Virus record (IMG/VR): IMGVR_UViG_3300042561_002100
Coordinates: 115,527-179,526 of that record
Length of the DNA stretch: 64,000 nt
Direction: 5' to 3' (one strand)
DNA from: a virus
Below the pieces are notes generated by a model that did no database searches, was not told where the DNA came from, and saw only the letters and a program-made list of their open reading frames with translations. Below, piece after piece: positions 9,935-19,813 of this stretch; position 1 is the stretch's first letter; each line of letters opens with the position of its first letter. The translations under genes were made by a program, and so were the position numbers.

Positions 9935-10677
9935 GATTATTCCACGGTGATTGTCTAGATTTATTACCTCAGATAGAAGATAATTCGGTTGATATGGTGA
10001 TGTGTGATCTGCCTTATGAGAAAACCATCTTATCCTGGGATTCCATTATTGATCTGAATAGATTATGGCCGGAATACAACAGAATCTGTAAGCTCAATGC
10101 AGCCATGGTCTTTACCGCAGTACAGCCATTCACTTCATTATTAGTTCAATCCAATGTTGCTAATTTTCGTTATGAATGGATCTGGGAAAAACCACAAGGA
10201 ACCAATCCTCTCAATAAGGATTCCATGCCTTTGAGATCACATGAAAATATTTTGGTCTTTTATCGCAAACCACCTATCTACAATCCACAGATGGAAAAGG
10301 GTAGTCCCTACAAGGGTTTCAGCTCACAGAAATCCAAAATCGGGGAAGTCTATGGTTCAGCCAAAAGTATGCACCGAGACAATGAAGAAGGCACAAGATA
10401 TCCAAAAACCGTTCTTAAATTTAAGCAAGAAAAAGGATTACATCCAACTCAGAAACCAGTTTCTTTGATGGAATATCTAATTAGAACCTACACCAATGAA
10501 AATGCTGTTATTCTAGATAATACAATGGGAAGTGGAACAACTGGAGATGCAAGTCTTAGAAGTGGTAGAAACTTTATAGGAATGGAGAAAGAACTAGAAT
10601 ACTATAATATTGCAGAAAAGAGACTTAAAGAGCAATCCATAAGATCCCAGATGAATATTATGGATCTTTTAACCTAA
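9919..10677 (+). CDS. DNA N6-adenine/N4-cytosine methyltransferase (beta class)
   Basis: DLPY motif IV, HPTQKP, LDNTMGSGTTG motif I. Confidence 0.92.
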   Translation: MHNTIRLFHGDCLDLLPQIEDNSVDMVMCDLPYEKTILSWDSIIDLNRLWPEYNRICKLNAAMVFTAVQPFTSLLVQSNVANFRYEWIWEKPQGTNPLNKDSMPLRSHENILVFYRKPPIYNPQMEKGSPYKGFSSQKSKIGEVYGSAKSMHRDNEEGTRYPKTVLKFKQEKGLHPTQKPVSLMEYLIRTYTNENAVILDNTMGSGTTGDASLRSGRNFIGMEKELEYYNIAEKRLKEQSIRSQMNIMDLLT

Positions 10678-10694
10678 TAACATCACAAAAAATT

Positions 10695-11309
10695 ATGCGA
10701 GAATTTACACCAAATCAGGCAATTGTTGATCCTGAAACACACGAAAAAGTAGTTAAACTATTTGATAAGATTAAAGAAGAGGCAGAAAAATCCAAGTGGG
10801 TATGGGAAGATGTTCCACCAGAGGAAGAAGAATATATTGAATCATATAATATTAGTTTTGATTTTGATGCATCAGCAATTTTAGCGAAAGAAATTAAAGA
10901 TCGGGAAAATCTAACACCATGGAAAACTGAGATAATAAAACATGAGAATTCTGTGAGAACATATTATGGGCAATTTAAAACAGAAGAAAGTTATAAAAAT
11001 TATCTAAGTGAATGTGAAAAATATACTAAAGAAATTGAGCCCTATATTTTTGGTTATTGTGGTGCTGCGCATGGAATCTATAAAAACAAGTTATTAGAAT
11101 TTCAGACGCTCAAATTTAAATCTTTTGATAATCTGATTACACATCTTAAAAAATTAACTGAAGATAAAAATATCATTCTATTACGCTTTCGGTATTCATA
11201 TTTTGAGATTGAAACTATTCTTGATGATAAACTCAACATTAAGGATAATATTGAATTAGAAAAACCAGAATATTACTTCATTATCAGATTCGCTCTTGTA
11301 GACAAGTAA
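10695..11309 (+). CDS. Hypothetical protein
   Basis: 204-aa ORF with phage-like codon use. Confidence 0.65.
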   Translation: MREFTPNQAIVDPETHEKVVKLFDKIKEEAEKSKWVWEDVPPEEEEYIESYNISFDFDASAILAKEIKDRENLTPWKTEIIKHENSVRTYYGQFKTEESYKNYLSECEKYTKEIEPYIFGYCGAAHGIYKNKLLEFQTLKFKSFDNLITHLKKLTEDKNIILLRFRYSYFEIETILDDKLNIKDNIELEKPEYYFIIRFALVDK

Positions 11310-11398
11310 AATTTTGTGATCTGGATACACTAATAAATAAATATGGGTTGGTAAACCCACCAAAGAAGCTTCCGGTTTAACGCTATCTAAAAACAAAA

Positions 11399-12328
11399 AT
11401 GAAAGATTTTAAGCAACTAAAGAAAGCATCTTCTCTTGGTACTCTAACTGAGAAACTGATTAAAGATGCACAAACAATGAATAGTTCACTGAAAGATGAA
11501 CGTATCTTCAATGTAGAACGAGATAAATCCGGTCTAGGTTATGCCGTTGTGCGATTTATGCCAGCTCCTCCCAATGAAGAAGCTGCTTTCGTGAAACTGT
11601 ATAATCACGGCTTCAAGGGTAACAGTCGCTGGTTTGTTGAAAACTGTCCGACTACTCTCGGACAAGATTGTCATGTATGTTTCGAAAATTCTTTACTCTA
11701 TAACTCCGGTGTAGACGCCAATAAGAAAATCGCATCTAGTCGTAAGCGTAAACTGAGCTATTACAGTAATGTTTACATCGTTAAAAATCCTTCTAATCCT
11801 GCACTAGAAGGAACCGTAATGCTCTATCGTTATGGTAAAAAAATTTATGATAAAGTGATGTCGGCACTAAAGCCAGAATTTGAAGACGAAACTCCAGTAG
11901 ATCCCTTTGATCTTTGGGGTGGTGCAAACTTCAAAATCAAAGTGAAGACGGTAAAAGAATCTTCTGGTGAATCATATCCAAATTACGATGATAGTTCGTT
12001 TGAATCTCCTGCACCACTTCTGGGCGGTGATGATGCAAAACTAGAAGCTGTTTGGAAACAATGTTATTCTCTATCGGATCTTATTTCCGCTGATAAATTC
12101 CGTTCTTATGATGATCTTCGGACTCGCTTCAATCGGGTAACTGGATCAACTTCGGAAGCTTCTGTTCAACGACAAGAGGCTGAACTGGAAGAGGTAGCTC
12201 AGGCAGTGAATGATGATAACATTATGGAAGAACTTGAGGCTCATTATAAGCGCCAAACTTCTAGCTCTGAAGACTCACTCTTTGATGATCCACTCAAAGC
12301 CTTTGAAGAACTGAATGATGACGACTAA
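11399..12328 (+). CDS. gp32: Single-stranded DNA-binding protein gp32
   Basis: YAVVRFMP, HGFKG..WFVENCPTTLG..CHVC zinc site, FDLWGGANFKIK, acidic tail; ATAAATA at 11333. Confidence 0.95.
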   Translation: MKDFKQLKKASSLGTLTEKLIKDAQTMNSSLKDERIFNVERDKSGLGYAVVRFMPAPPNEEAAFVKLYNHGFKGNSRWFVENCPTTLGQDCHVCFENSLLYNSGVDANKKIASSRKRKLSYYSNVYIVKNPSNPALEGTVMLYRYGKKIYDKVMSALKPEFEDETPVDPFDLWGGANFKIKVKTVKESSGESYPNYDDSSFESPAPLLGGDDAKLEAVWKQCYSLSDLISADKFRSYDDLRTRFNRVTGSTSEASVQRQEAELEEVAQAVNDDNIMEELEAHYKRQTSSSEDSLFDDPLKAFEELNDDD

Positions 12329-13323
12329 TTGTAAAGTCTAATATTATCTCCCTTCTTTAGGGTACGGCTCTCATATTGAGAGCTTTTTTTATACCTCATA
12401 ATATTCTCAATGTCATCAAAAAGAATACTCAGATAAGCTGGTTTAATAATATAAATCTCTCTTTTCTTGTCTTCCTTGTTCATCTCGTATTCATAATTTG
12501 TCACTCCAGTAACGAAACTAGATTTCGGTGTGTGGACCGTATAACCTAAACCATCATCATAAAACTCGTAATAATAAGAATTAGCAGTAAAGGTGCTATT
12601 CTCACTTAAGGTAAAATGAACTTCTTCTACTCTAGGATCCGCTAAAATCGGTTCAGAATTAGCTGGAACTTCATTCAGAATAAATTCAAATGACGTGACT
12701 AAATTATCAGTTTCTTCTAAAATATTACTAATAAAAAATTGACCATTATATTCTCTGTCTGATATATTGAATAGTGTTATTTGAGTTCCCACCTCTAATC
12801 CAACAATACCATTAACAAGTTCAATTGATCCGGTAGTTCCACTACTTGTTAAGGTATTAATCTTTGCATTAACAACTTCAATAAAATTGCCATTGGTTTT
12901 CCATGTTGGTGATAATCTGATACCACCTTTCAGCATTGTTATTCCTACTGAGTTTTGAATCTCTTCGGTTTCATAGTGATGAATTCCAGAATAAAGATTA
13001 TCATAAGATCCATATTTTTGTAGCATCACTTGATCAAAAACATTAGAAGGTAACGGCCATTCATCTTGAACATTCAGAATATTATTAGACAGAAAAACAA
13101 CCCAATCTAATGTTGGATCATCGTAGAATTTATGTGCTACTTGATCAGCACGTTCATCTCCTTCAATTGAATATTTCTCAAAATAAGCGAGATTATTGAA
13201 GATGCTAGATGTAATCTGTCCACGACGAAAGAAATTCTTGACTATGGTGTAATCAGAAATCTTTGAATCTGGAAGAAGACTGACGTAATTAAAGTCAGAA
13301 ACGTAACTGAAGTAGTGTGCCAT
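12325..13323 (-). CDS. gp53: Baseplate wedge subunit gp53 (with internal insertion)
   Basis: YSIEGDERADQVAHKFYDDPTLDWVV..NNI...WP; IHHYET; YEYEMNKEDKKREI. Confidence 0.88.
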   Translation of the reverse strand: MAHYFSYVSDFNYVSLLPDSKISDYTIVKNFFRRGQITSSIFNNLAYFEKYSIEGDERADQVAHKFYDDPTLDWVVFLSNNILNVQDEWPLPSNVFDQVMLQKYGSYDNLYSGIHHYETEEIQNSVGITMLKGGIRLSPTWKTNGNFIEVVNAKINTLTSSGTTGSIELVNGIVGLEVGTQITLFNISDREYNGQFFISNILEETDNLVTSFEFILNEVPANSEPILADPRVEEVHFTLSENSTFTANSYYYEFYDDGLGYTVHTPKSSFVTGVTNYEYEMNKEDKKREIYIIKPAYLSILFDDIENIMRYKKSSQYESRTLKKGDNIRLYN

Positions 13324-14318
13324 TAGTATCCAATCGGATGATCGTCTTCATCATAATCACTCGCATAAACAGGAAGAATTTCTTGGAATGTCATATTAAC
13401 ATTATATGCAACCATCGTGCCGTCTTTATATGTCATGTAAGAATTATTGGGAGTATAATCAACCGTACAATTTTGCAATGCGCAGGTTTTTACTTTCCCG
13501 ATGCCAATGTGTGTCTTACTGCTACCCATCAAATACTTAATACCAAAGACGTAAGGTGATTTAATGAATAAGCTATTCTCTTGAACTCTTGGTGCCATTC
13601 CTTGCTTAAAGAATCTTATGATTTTCTTGACTTCATCAGCTTCATCTTGATCTCTAGGTGATAATTTAAAGTTGAACGTAAATGGTCGCAATGATGGAGT
13701 GTTAAAGAGTAACTCTAAATTTGGATTAAGAATCTTACCTGTTGCTCTTGTGAATAATCCTTGTACACTAATAATCTGCTCAACTAATGCGAGTCTACCA
13801 AGATCACCAATAGATTCATCTGTTAATAAACTTGTCATGGCATCTATTGACTTATCCATTTGGAGTCCTTCGCCGCCCTTCATTGCATTATATGATAGAT
13901 TGGCAACTCTTCTTTGAATATCGTTTAACTGACCTCCATCTGCCCAGGTAACCGCATTGGTATCCTGGATTTTATCCTGAATTGGAAGAAATACTCTTTC
14001 TACACTATTACCTCCCATTTTTAGAGCACTATTGACATAAAATTCCGATTCCTTCATTGCATTTTTTACTTGAGGAAAAGGAGTATCAATGTTCAAATTT
14101 TCTGCCGGACCAACTCTAGGCGCTTCTAATTTATCGCTTTTTAGTTTATATTCTTTGATGCTAAATTCTATTCTATCTTGCCCTTCAACCACATCGTCAT
14201 TTTTCATGTTAGTGGGATACATCAGGTAGGACTTGTTTCCACCTTTACCTGATTTTTTTACATTTCTGTTTAACGAACCACCCAATGTCTCTAATCTGGC
14301 GGTTGAAATGATGGGCAT
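13323..14318 (-). CDS. gp48: Baseplate tail-tube cap gp48
   Basis: LNPNLELLFNTPSLRPFTFNFKLSPR..EA..V..II.FFK; minus-strand CTAAATA at 14330-14336. Confidence 0.88.
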   Translation of the reverse strand: MPIISTARLETLGGSLNRNVKKSGKGGNKSYLMYPTNMKNDDVVEGQDRIEFSIKEYKLKSDKLEAPRVGPAENLNIDTPFPQVKNAMKESEFYVNSALKMGGNSVERVFLPIQDKIQDTNAVTWADGGQLNDIQRRVANLSYNAMKGGEGLQMDKSIDAMTSLLTDESIGDLGRLALVEQIISVQGLFTRATGKILNPNLELLFNTPSLRPFTFNFKLSPRDQDEADEVKKIIRFFKQGMAPRVQENSLFIKSPYVFGIKYLMGSSKTHIGIGKVKTCALQNCTVDYTPNNSYMTYKDGTMVAYNVNMTFQEILPVYASDYDEDDHPIGY

Positions 14319-14332
14319 TGTTTTTATTATAT

Positions 14333-14893
14333 TTAGAGCTTAATTGGATAGAATGTTTGTATTCTTAAAACATCTTCCAACTCCCACTCCTTTATTTCAT
14401 AAAAACGAGACTGAAAACCACTATAATTGTAATTTCTATACATGCTCTCAATGTACTGTGGTGCATACTTCCAATGTAGATTCACACCTAAAACCTTGAA
14501 TGCGCTCTTATCTATAATAATAGAAACAGGATAAAGATCAAAATACTTACCTTTTGTTTTTGCCCAATACTTAAAAGTATAATATTTACCCAGTTCCAAT
14601 GATTCTTCTTGTCTTCCTAGATTTTGTAATGTCTCCACTAGCTTATCCCAATAAAAATTAGGACTCTTTCCTGGTGGCAATGAATCCGCTAACTCTTTTA
14701 TGCTATAGAGCTGCTGTCTTTCACGAATTCTTCTTTCTTTATCGGTAGTTGATTGAACAATAGAAACAGGTTTCTTTTCTTCTTTCTCTAATGCTAATCT
14801 TTTCGCTCTACTAATAAGACCACCAAATTGGATATTCGTTTCAATCCATTTAAGAATCCATTGAGTTGAGCGAGAGATTATGTTCTTGAACAT
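14333..14893 (-). CDS. gp2: DNA end protector gp2-like protein
   Basis: GKYYTFKY...FDLYP...GVNLHW; sits between gp48 and gp4. Confidence 0.65.
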   Translation of the reverse strand: MFKNIISRSTQWILKWIETNIQFGGLISRAKRLALEKEEKKPVSIVQSTTDKERRIRERQQLYSIKELADSLPPGKSPNFYWDKLVETLQNLGRQEESLELGKYYTFKYWAKTKGKYFDLYPVSIIIDKSAFKVLGVNLHWKYAPQYIESMYRNYNYSGFQSRFYEIKEWELEDVLRIQTFYPIKL

Positions 14894-14897
14894 CAGC

Positions 14898-15344
14898 TTA
14901 CTTAATTCCTAAATCGCTTTCTGTTAGAATAATAAATTCCATTCCATTTCTATCACAAAACTCTTCAGCAAACTTCCATTTTGATGTGTTTTTCTGATAG
15001 GTCTTACACTCATTGATATAAGTTCTGGTTTTCTTTCTTCCTTCTTTTGGTGGTTGAGTTTGACGATAGGGTTTTACTTCCGCAAGATATTTCTTAGTTT
15101 GACCATCTTTATTGACAATTTCCATATAGACATCTGGAAAGTATCTGCGGGTTTTCATTGACGATTCGTCCCAATACTTAATAGCAAACGGTTCACTAGA
15201 CCATTTTAGAACACTACTTGTATTATCGCAGAATTGAAACAGATGTCTTTCCCAAGAAGAACGAAAGACAATTTCATTAAGATCTCCAATATACTTATCT
15301 GGATTTATTGGATGATAAAAGTTCTGTACCCAATTAGTAGCCAC
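14898..15344 (-). CDS. gp4: Head completion nuclease gp4
   Basis: NPDKYIGD...RSSWER...WSSE...RRYFPD...EVKP..QT..P...N..KW. Confidence 0.92.
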   Translation of the reverse strand: MATNWVQNFYHPINPDKYIGDLNEIVFRSSWERHLFQFCDNTSSVLKWSSEPFAIKYWDESSMKTRRYFPDVYMEIVNKDGQTKKYLAEVKPYRQTQPPKEGRKKTRTYINECKTYQKNTSKWKFAEEFCDRNGMEFIILTESDLGIK

Positions 15345-15375
15345 TAAATATACTTTAGACTCTTTTTATATTTAG
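15344..15375. promoter_or_regulatory. Divergent pair of late promoters
   Basis: CTAAATA on + (15344-15350) and on - (15369-15375) between divergent genes. Confidence 0.65.
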
Positions 15376-15382
15376 CGGAACG

Positions 15383-16093
15383 TTGTATAAACCCAAACCA
15401 CCAACAATAGCACAATTAAAAAGTAAGATTCTTCGTCCGGCAACGACATCTAATTTTCAATGTTGGTTTCCGCCACCAGCACAAGTTAGAAACTGGATCT
15501 CCGATAAGAATAAAGCGGGTATTGATATTAATTTCAACGATGAGACTTTTGAACTCATTAGTCTTAATTGTACTGAAGCTAGTCTTCCGGGTTCAACATT
15601 TGCAACAAATGAAATCACCGATGATTATACTGGTGTAACAGAAAGACATGCCTATCGTAGACAATATGACGATAGAAGCGACTTTACTTTTCAGGTGGAT
15701 AACTCCGTTGATAATGCACAGAATAGTCCGAATTATAGAGTTTTATTGTTCTTTGAATTATGGATGGAATATATTGCAGATGAACAAAAATCTTTAGGTC
15801 TTGAGGATCCGAATTATTTTTATAGAGTAAATTTCCCTTCTTCTTATCAGGCACCATATATTATCTTAAACAAGTTTGAAAAAGATTATAGAGGAAATTA
15901 CTTACAATATAAGTTTTTACAAGCCTTTCCGATTGCGATAAACAGCATTCCAGTTTCTTACGATTCAACTCAATTATTGCAATGTACAGTGTCTTTTGCC
16001 TATACTCGCTATGTTATCAATACACTACCTCTTTCGGGATTACCGATTCCAAATAATCCGGCTCCACAAAATCCTCTCACACCAACCACATAA
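15383..16093 (+). CDS. Baseplate/tail-tube initiator-like protein (gp54/gp19 fold)
   Basis: CTEASLPG...AFPIAI..IPVSYD.TQLLQCTVSFAY; TTG start. Confidence 0.7.
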   Translation: MYKPKPPTIAQLKSKILRPATTSNFQCWFPPPAQVRNWISDKNKAGIDINFNDETFELISLNCTEASLPGSTFATNEITDDYTGVTERHAYRRQYDDRSDFTFQVDNSVDNAQNSPNYRVLLFFELWMEYIADEQKSLGLEDPNYFYRVNFPSSYQAPYIILNKFEKDYRGNYLQYKFLQAFPIAINSIPVSYDSTQLLQCTVSFAYTRYVINTLPLSGLPIPNNPAPQNPLTPTT

Positions 16094-16122
16094 ATAAAAG
16101 CAAAACATATTATTTTTGATTC

Positions 16123-16890
16123 ATGTCTGTTCTACCTCGTCCAGTTTATCCTACCTATGAGATTGTTATTCCGTCTCTCAAAAAGAAAGTAAAGTTTCGG
16201 CCTTATAGAGCTGTAGAAGAAAAAGTTCTTGCAATCGCAATGGAGAGCGAAAACATCTCCGAGATTACTACTGCGATTAAGATGATTCTTGAAAATTGCA
16301 TTCAAGCTAAAGATGTTGATGTAGAAAGACTTGCAACTTTTGACATTGAATATCTTTTTCTTAATATTCGGGCAAAGGCATCTGGGGAGGTTATTGAACT
16401 TCAGGTTCTTTATCCTGGTGAAGAAGATCTCTATGTTCCTGTTAAGGTCAATATTGATGAGATTAAAATACAGGAAACTAAAGGTCACACCAATATTATT
16501 AAACTTGATGATGATATGACGATGATTATGAAGTATCCAACCTTTGACTTCTTCATTAAAGAGCAATTTGAGATGCCAGAAGATGCGGATACCGAAGATA
16601 AAATGAAGAAAGGTTATGATCTTATTGCTTCTTGTGTTGATAAGATCTGTAAAGGTGAAGATGTATGGTTAGCGGAAGATGTCGGAAGAGAAGAAGTTAT
16701 TTCCTTTCTAGATGATCTTCTCACAAAACAGTTTGAAAAAGTTGAGGAGTTTCTTAATACCATGCCGCAACTAAAACATACAATTAAGATTCAACATCCA
16801 ACTCGTACTGTTATTGATCCAAAAACCAAAAAAGAAGTTCCAGAAGAAGCAGAAATTACACTGAATGGGTTAGTTGATTTTTTTATCTAG
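16123..16890 (+). CDS. gp26: Baseplate hub subunit gp26
   Basis: P.YEIVIPS...FRPY...EEK.L; LATFDIEYLFLNIRAKASGE; MKYP; ends GL.DFF. Confidence 0.9.
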   Translation: MSVLPRPVYPTYEIVIPSLKKKVKFRPYRAVEEKVLAIAMESENISEITTAIKMILENCIQAKDVDVERLATFDIEYLFLNIRAKASGEVIELQVLYPGEEDLYVPVKVNIDEIKIQETKGHTNIIKLDDDMTMIMKYPTFDFFIKEQFEMPEDADTEDKMKKGYDLIASCVDKICKGEDVWLAEDVGREEVISFLDDLLTKQFEKVEEFLNTMPQLKHTIKIQHPTRTVIDPKTKKEVPEEAEITLNGLVDFFI

Positions 16891-16892
16891 GA

Positions 16893-17084
16893 ATGTCGCA
16901 CACCAATCTTGAGGTGTATTATCGGCGAATGTTTGCATTAGTTCAATATCATAAATGGAATCCCGAATGGCTAGATAATATACTACCATGGGAATTTGAT
17001 GCATATGTTGAAATGTTAAAAATGCATCTAGAGGAAGAAAAAGTCAAACAGCAACAACAACAACAAAGTCAAAATAGGGTCTAA
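16893..17084 (+). CDS. gp51: Baseplate hub assembly catalyst gp51
   Basis: FALVQYHKW....LDNILPWEFDAYV. Confidence 0.85.
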   Translation: MSHTNLEVYYRRMFALVQYHKWNPEWLDNILPWEFDAYVEMLKMHLEEEKVKQQQQQQSQNRV

Positions 17085-17110
17085 ATATTCTGTAGTATCC
17101 ATAAGCCATA

Positions 17111-19813
17111 ATGCCGGCAACAAGAGTACGCCGCCCTAAAATAGAGGATCTTAAATTAACAGCAGTTCAGTTAGCGAAAGCGCAAGATTTTGTAGAAGAT
17201 CTTGGAATTGGTGTTAAGGATTCTCTATATTATTATGCGATCTTATGGTGTAAAAATCACGAAAAGTCAAACGGTGATTTTCTAACAGACAATCAAAGAA
17301 AAAAGTTTGATGACGACGTAAGCAAAAATAGACGAAGTGCTCTCACGCTTAAGATTTTAGGTGAGATTAGCTTATTACAAGAATCGGATAAAGATGATAA
17401 AGATCGGCTACAAAATAATACTTCCGCAACCAATCAACAATTAAGATCCAATACAACTCGTTTAAGACGACAGAAAACAAAGCCGATAAACAAACCACCT
17501 GTTCTAAAAATCACTATTGATAAGAGTGAAGTAGAAAAAGGTGAAAGTTATACCGTAAGCTGGAAGTCTGAAAATGCAATAGCTGTTTCTAGATCTGTTG
17601 GATTTTATCCAAAGATTCCAGACGTTGAACTGAGTGGATCTAGAACTTTTGTTGCAGATAGAATTGGTAGTAAGACTTTTGCTATCACAGTAAGATCAGC
17701 ATCCGGTAGAGGAGTATTATCCACAGCAAAAATTCAAATTGTTGAGACAAAAACATTACCCGATCAACAAGCGGCTCCAGCATCATCGCAACCAAGAATA
17801 AAAACCGCAAGATTAACAAGATCCACATCTTCTCAAGGACCAACACAAGTTTTTGTTGATATTAATGATTCACTCACAAATATTATTAAGATTCTTGATG
17901 CACAGAATAAGTTTCTTCTAAAAATAGGTAAGAAAAAGACCCAAGAAGATGAGAATGAGAATCGTAAAAAAAGAGAATCTCTGTTAAAAAAATCTAAAAG
18001 ATTCAGAAAACAGGTAATGAAAAAAGCCATGGCTCCTGTTAAGAATCTTCTTGAGAGAATATGGAAATTCATATATCTTACTTTTCTAGGAAGAGTTTTT
18101 ACTGAATTTATAAAATGGGCAAGTGATCCAAGTAATGCAGGAAAAATAAAATCTATTAGTAGATTTTTTAAAGACTTTTGGGTTTGGATTGCTGGTGCGG
18201 CAACAATATTCTTTACTCCACTGTATGGATTTATTAGGGGTACATTGAAGACACTCAACTTTTTCCGTAAAGTATTAATAAAAGCTCCAATAAGAAATTT
18301 ATTATTTAATCCTACGGTTTTAGCTATAGCTGGAATAACGGGATTGGCAGTTGCGGCCAATGAAGTAACAGGACAACGAAAAGCAGCAAAGCTTCAGACA
18401 GAGAGAGCTGCCAAAGTTCAAGCCGGAAAGGCAATTGATGTTCCTGGCATTGATATTATTAACGAAAAGTATAAAACACCTGGAATTGGTGGAAGAACTG
18501 AAAGAGGTTTCCTAAAAGGTGCATCTACTGGTGGAATCGTAACACCTAGCACCGGAATAACAGTAAAGGGTGCTGGTGTTGATACTCAATTAGTTCCAAT
18601 TCAAGATGGTGGTTCTGTTGTCTTACAAAAAGGAGAAGCGATTCTTCAAAAAGGTGCGAGAGAACGAATGATCTCTTCAACCGGAATTGATCCTCTTATG
18701 TTCAATATTGGAGCTAATGCTAATAGACCAAGAACAATCGGATCCAAGTTGACCACAATGAGTACAGGTGGAATTGTTGGAGGTAAATTAGATCTCATAA
18801 AACCACAAGCTAGATCTATTCTTGACAGACTTATTAAAGGTGGTCTAACACCAACAGCCGCCGCTGGTGTTGTTTCTAATATCGGTGTTGAAAGTGCTTA
18901 CACTTATGATCCAAATACTCATCAACATAGAGGTGGTCCTGGTAGAGGATTAGTTCAATGGGAAAAGGGCGGAAGATTTGATACTGATCCAATGAATCTT
19001 ACATCTTTTGCTAAAAGTAGAGGAAAACCATGGAATGATTTGAATACTCAAGTTGATTTTATTCTACATGAACTAAACAATCATCCTGAATATAGTTTAG
19101 TAAAAGATAAAATCAATAAGGCTAAAAATATAGGAGAAGCAACCAAAATCTTTTTGAATGATTATGAAAAAGCCGGCACCCCTCATATTGAAAATAGATT
19201 AGCTGTCGGTAATCAATTGATGAAAAGTGGTTGGTTAAATCCACCAAAACAAAAAACAAAATCTCAGTTTCCCGATATACTGAGAATGCTCACAGGACAG
19301 CCTAGAGCGGTTTCGGCTGCGGAATCCCCCAAACCAAGCCGGGCATCAACCAAACCAAAACCGATGCCGAAACCCCAACCCCCGCAACGGTCTTGGTGGG
19401 ATCCTAGACGCCTTATGGGGTTGAAAAAGGGTGGTCTGATAAGAGCGAGTCATCCGACTGCTGGAAGTAATCCAGATGATAAACATTTAGCACTTTTGAA
19501 AGCAGGTGAGTATGTTATTCCTAGACTTACTGTTCAACGAGTCGGATTAAACTTCTTTGATAATCTTGTTGCAAAAACCGACGAGAATTCAAATGCAGCT
19601 AGAATGTTACCGATTCCAAAAGATGATAGTATTCTTCCACCATCACCAAGAATGGGTAATATGGGTGGATTTATAACACTTCCACCGATGGCACATAACA
19701 TGATGGATGATAAAACAAATTCTCCTGTGACAAGTGTTCCGAGTTTTGGTGTTATTGCACCGATGGGAACTGGTGTTCGTCAGATGCTCGCTGAAATTTA
19801 CGGTATTGGTTAA
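17111..19813 (+). CDS. Tape-measure/baseplate hub-like protein with phage tail lysozyme domain
   Basis: AAAGVVSNIGVES...GRGLVQWE..GRF...QVDFILHEL; late promoter at 17081. Confidence 0.75.
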   Translation: MPATRVRRPKIEDLKLTAVQLAKAQDFVEDLGIGVKDSLYYYAILWCKNHEKSNGDFLTDNQRKKFDDDVSKNRRSALTLKILGEISLLQESDKDDKDRLQNNTSATNQQLRSNTTRLRRQKTKPINKPPVLKITIDKSEVEKGESYTVSWKSENAIAVSRSVGFYPKIPDVELSGSRTFVADRIGSKTFAITVRSASGRGVLSTAKIQIVETKTLPDQQAAPASSQPRIKTARLTRSTSSQGPTQVFVDINDSLTNIIKILDAQNKFLLKIGKKKTQEDENENRKKRESLLKKSKRFRKQVMKKAMAPVKNLLERIWKFIYLTFLGRVFTEFIKWASDPSNAGKIKSISRFFKDFWVWIAGAATIFFTPLYGFIRGTLKTLNFFRKVLIKAPIRNLLFNPTVLAIAGITGLAVAANEVTGQRKAAKLQTERAAKVQAGKAIDVPGIDIINEKYKTPGIGGRTERGFLKGASTGGIVTPSTGITVKGAGVDTQLVPIQDGGSVVLQKGEAILQKGARERMISSTGIDPLMFNIGANANRPRTIGSKLTTMSTGGIVGGKLDLIKPQARSILDRLIKGGLTPTAAAGVVSNIGVESAYTYDPNTHQHRGGPGRGLVQWEKGGRFDTDPMNLTSFAKSRGKPWNDLNTQVDFILHELNNHPEYSLVKDKINKAKNIGEATKIFLNDYEKAGTPHIENRLAVGNQLMKSGWLNPPKQKTKSQFPDILRMLTGQPRAVSAAESPKPSRASTKPKPMPKPQPPQRSWWDPRRLMGLKKGGLIRASHPTAGSNPDDKHLALLKAGEYVIPRLTVQRVGLNFFDNLVAKTDENSNAARMLPIPKDDSILPPSPRMGNMGGFITLPPMAHNMMDDKTNSPVTSVPSFGVIAPMGTGVRQMLAEIYGIG

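Noticed and set aside
11341-11365. T4 gene-32-like autoregulatory pseudoknot upstream of gp32
   Set aside because: TGGG/CCCA and TTGGT/ACCAA can each pair, but there are no connecting loops for an H-type pseudoknot; at most a small hairpin.
17047-17067. CAA repeat (poly-Q) at the gp51 C-terminus as a contingency locus
   Set aside because: It is a short in-frame low-complexity tail; a length change would not shift the frame, and nothing else supports phase variation.
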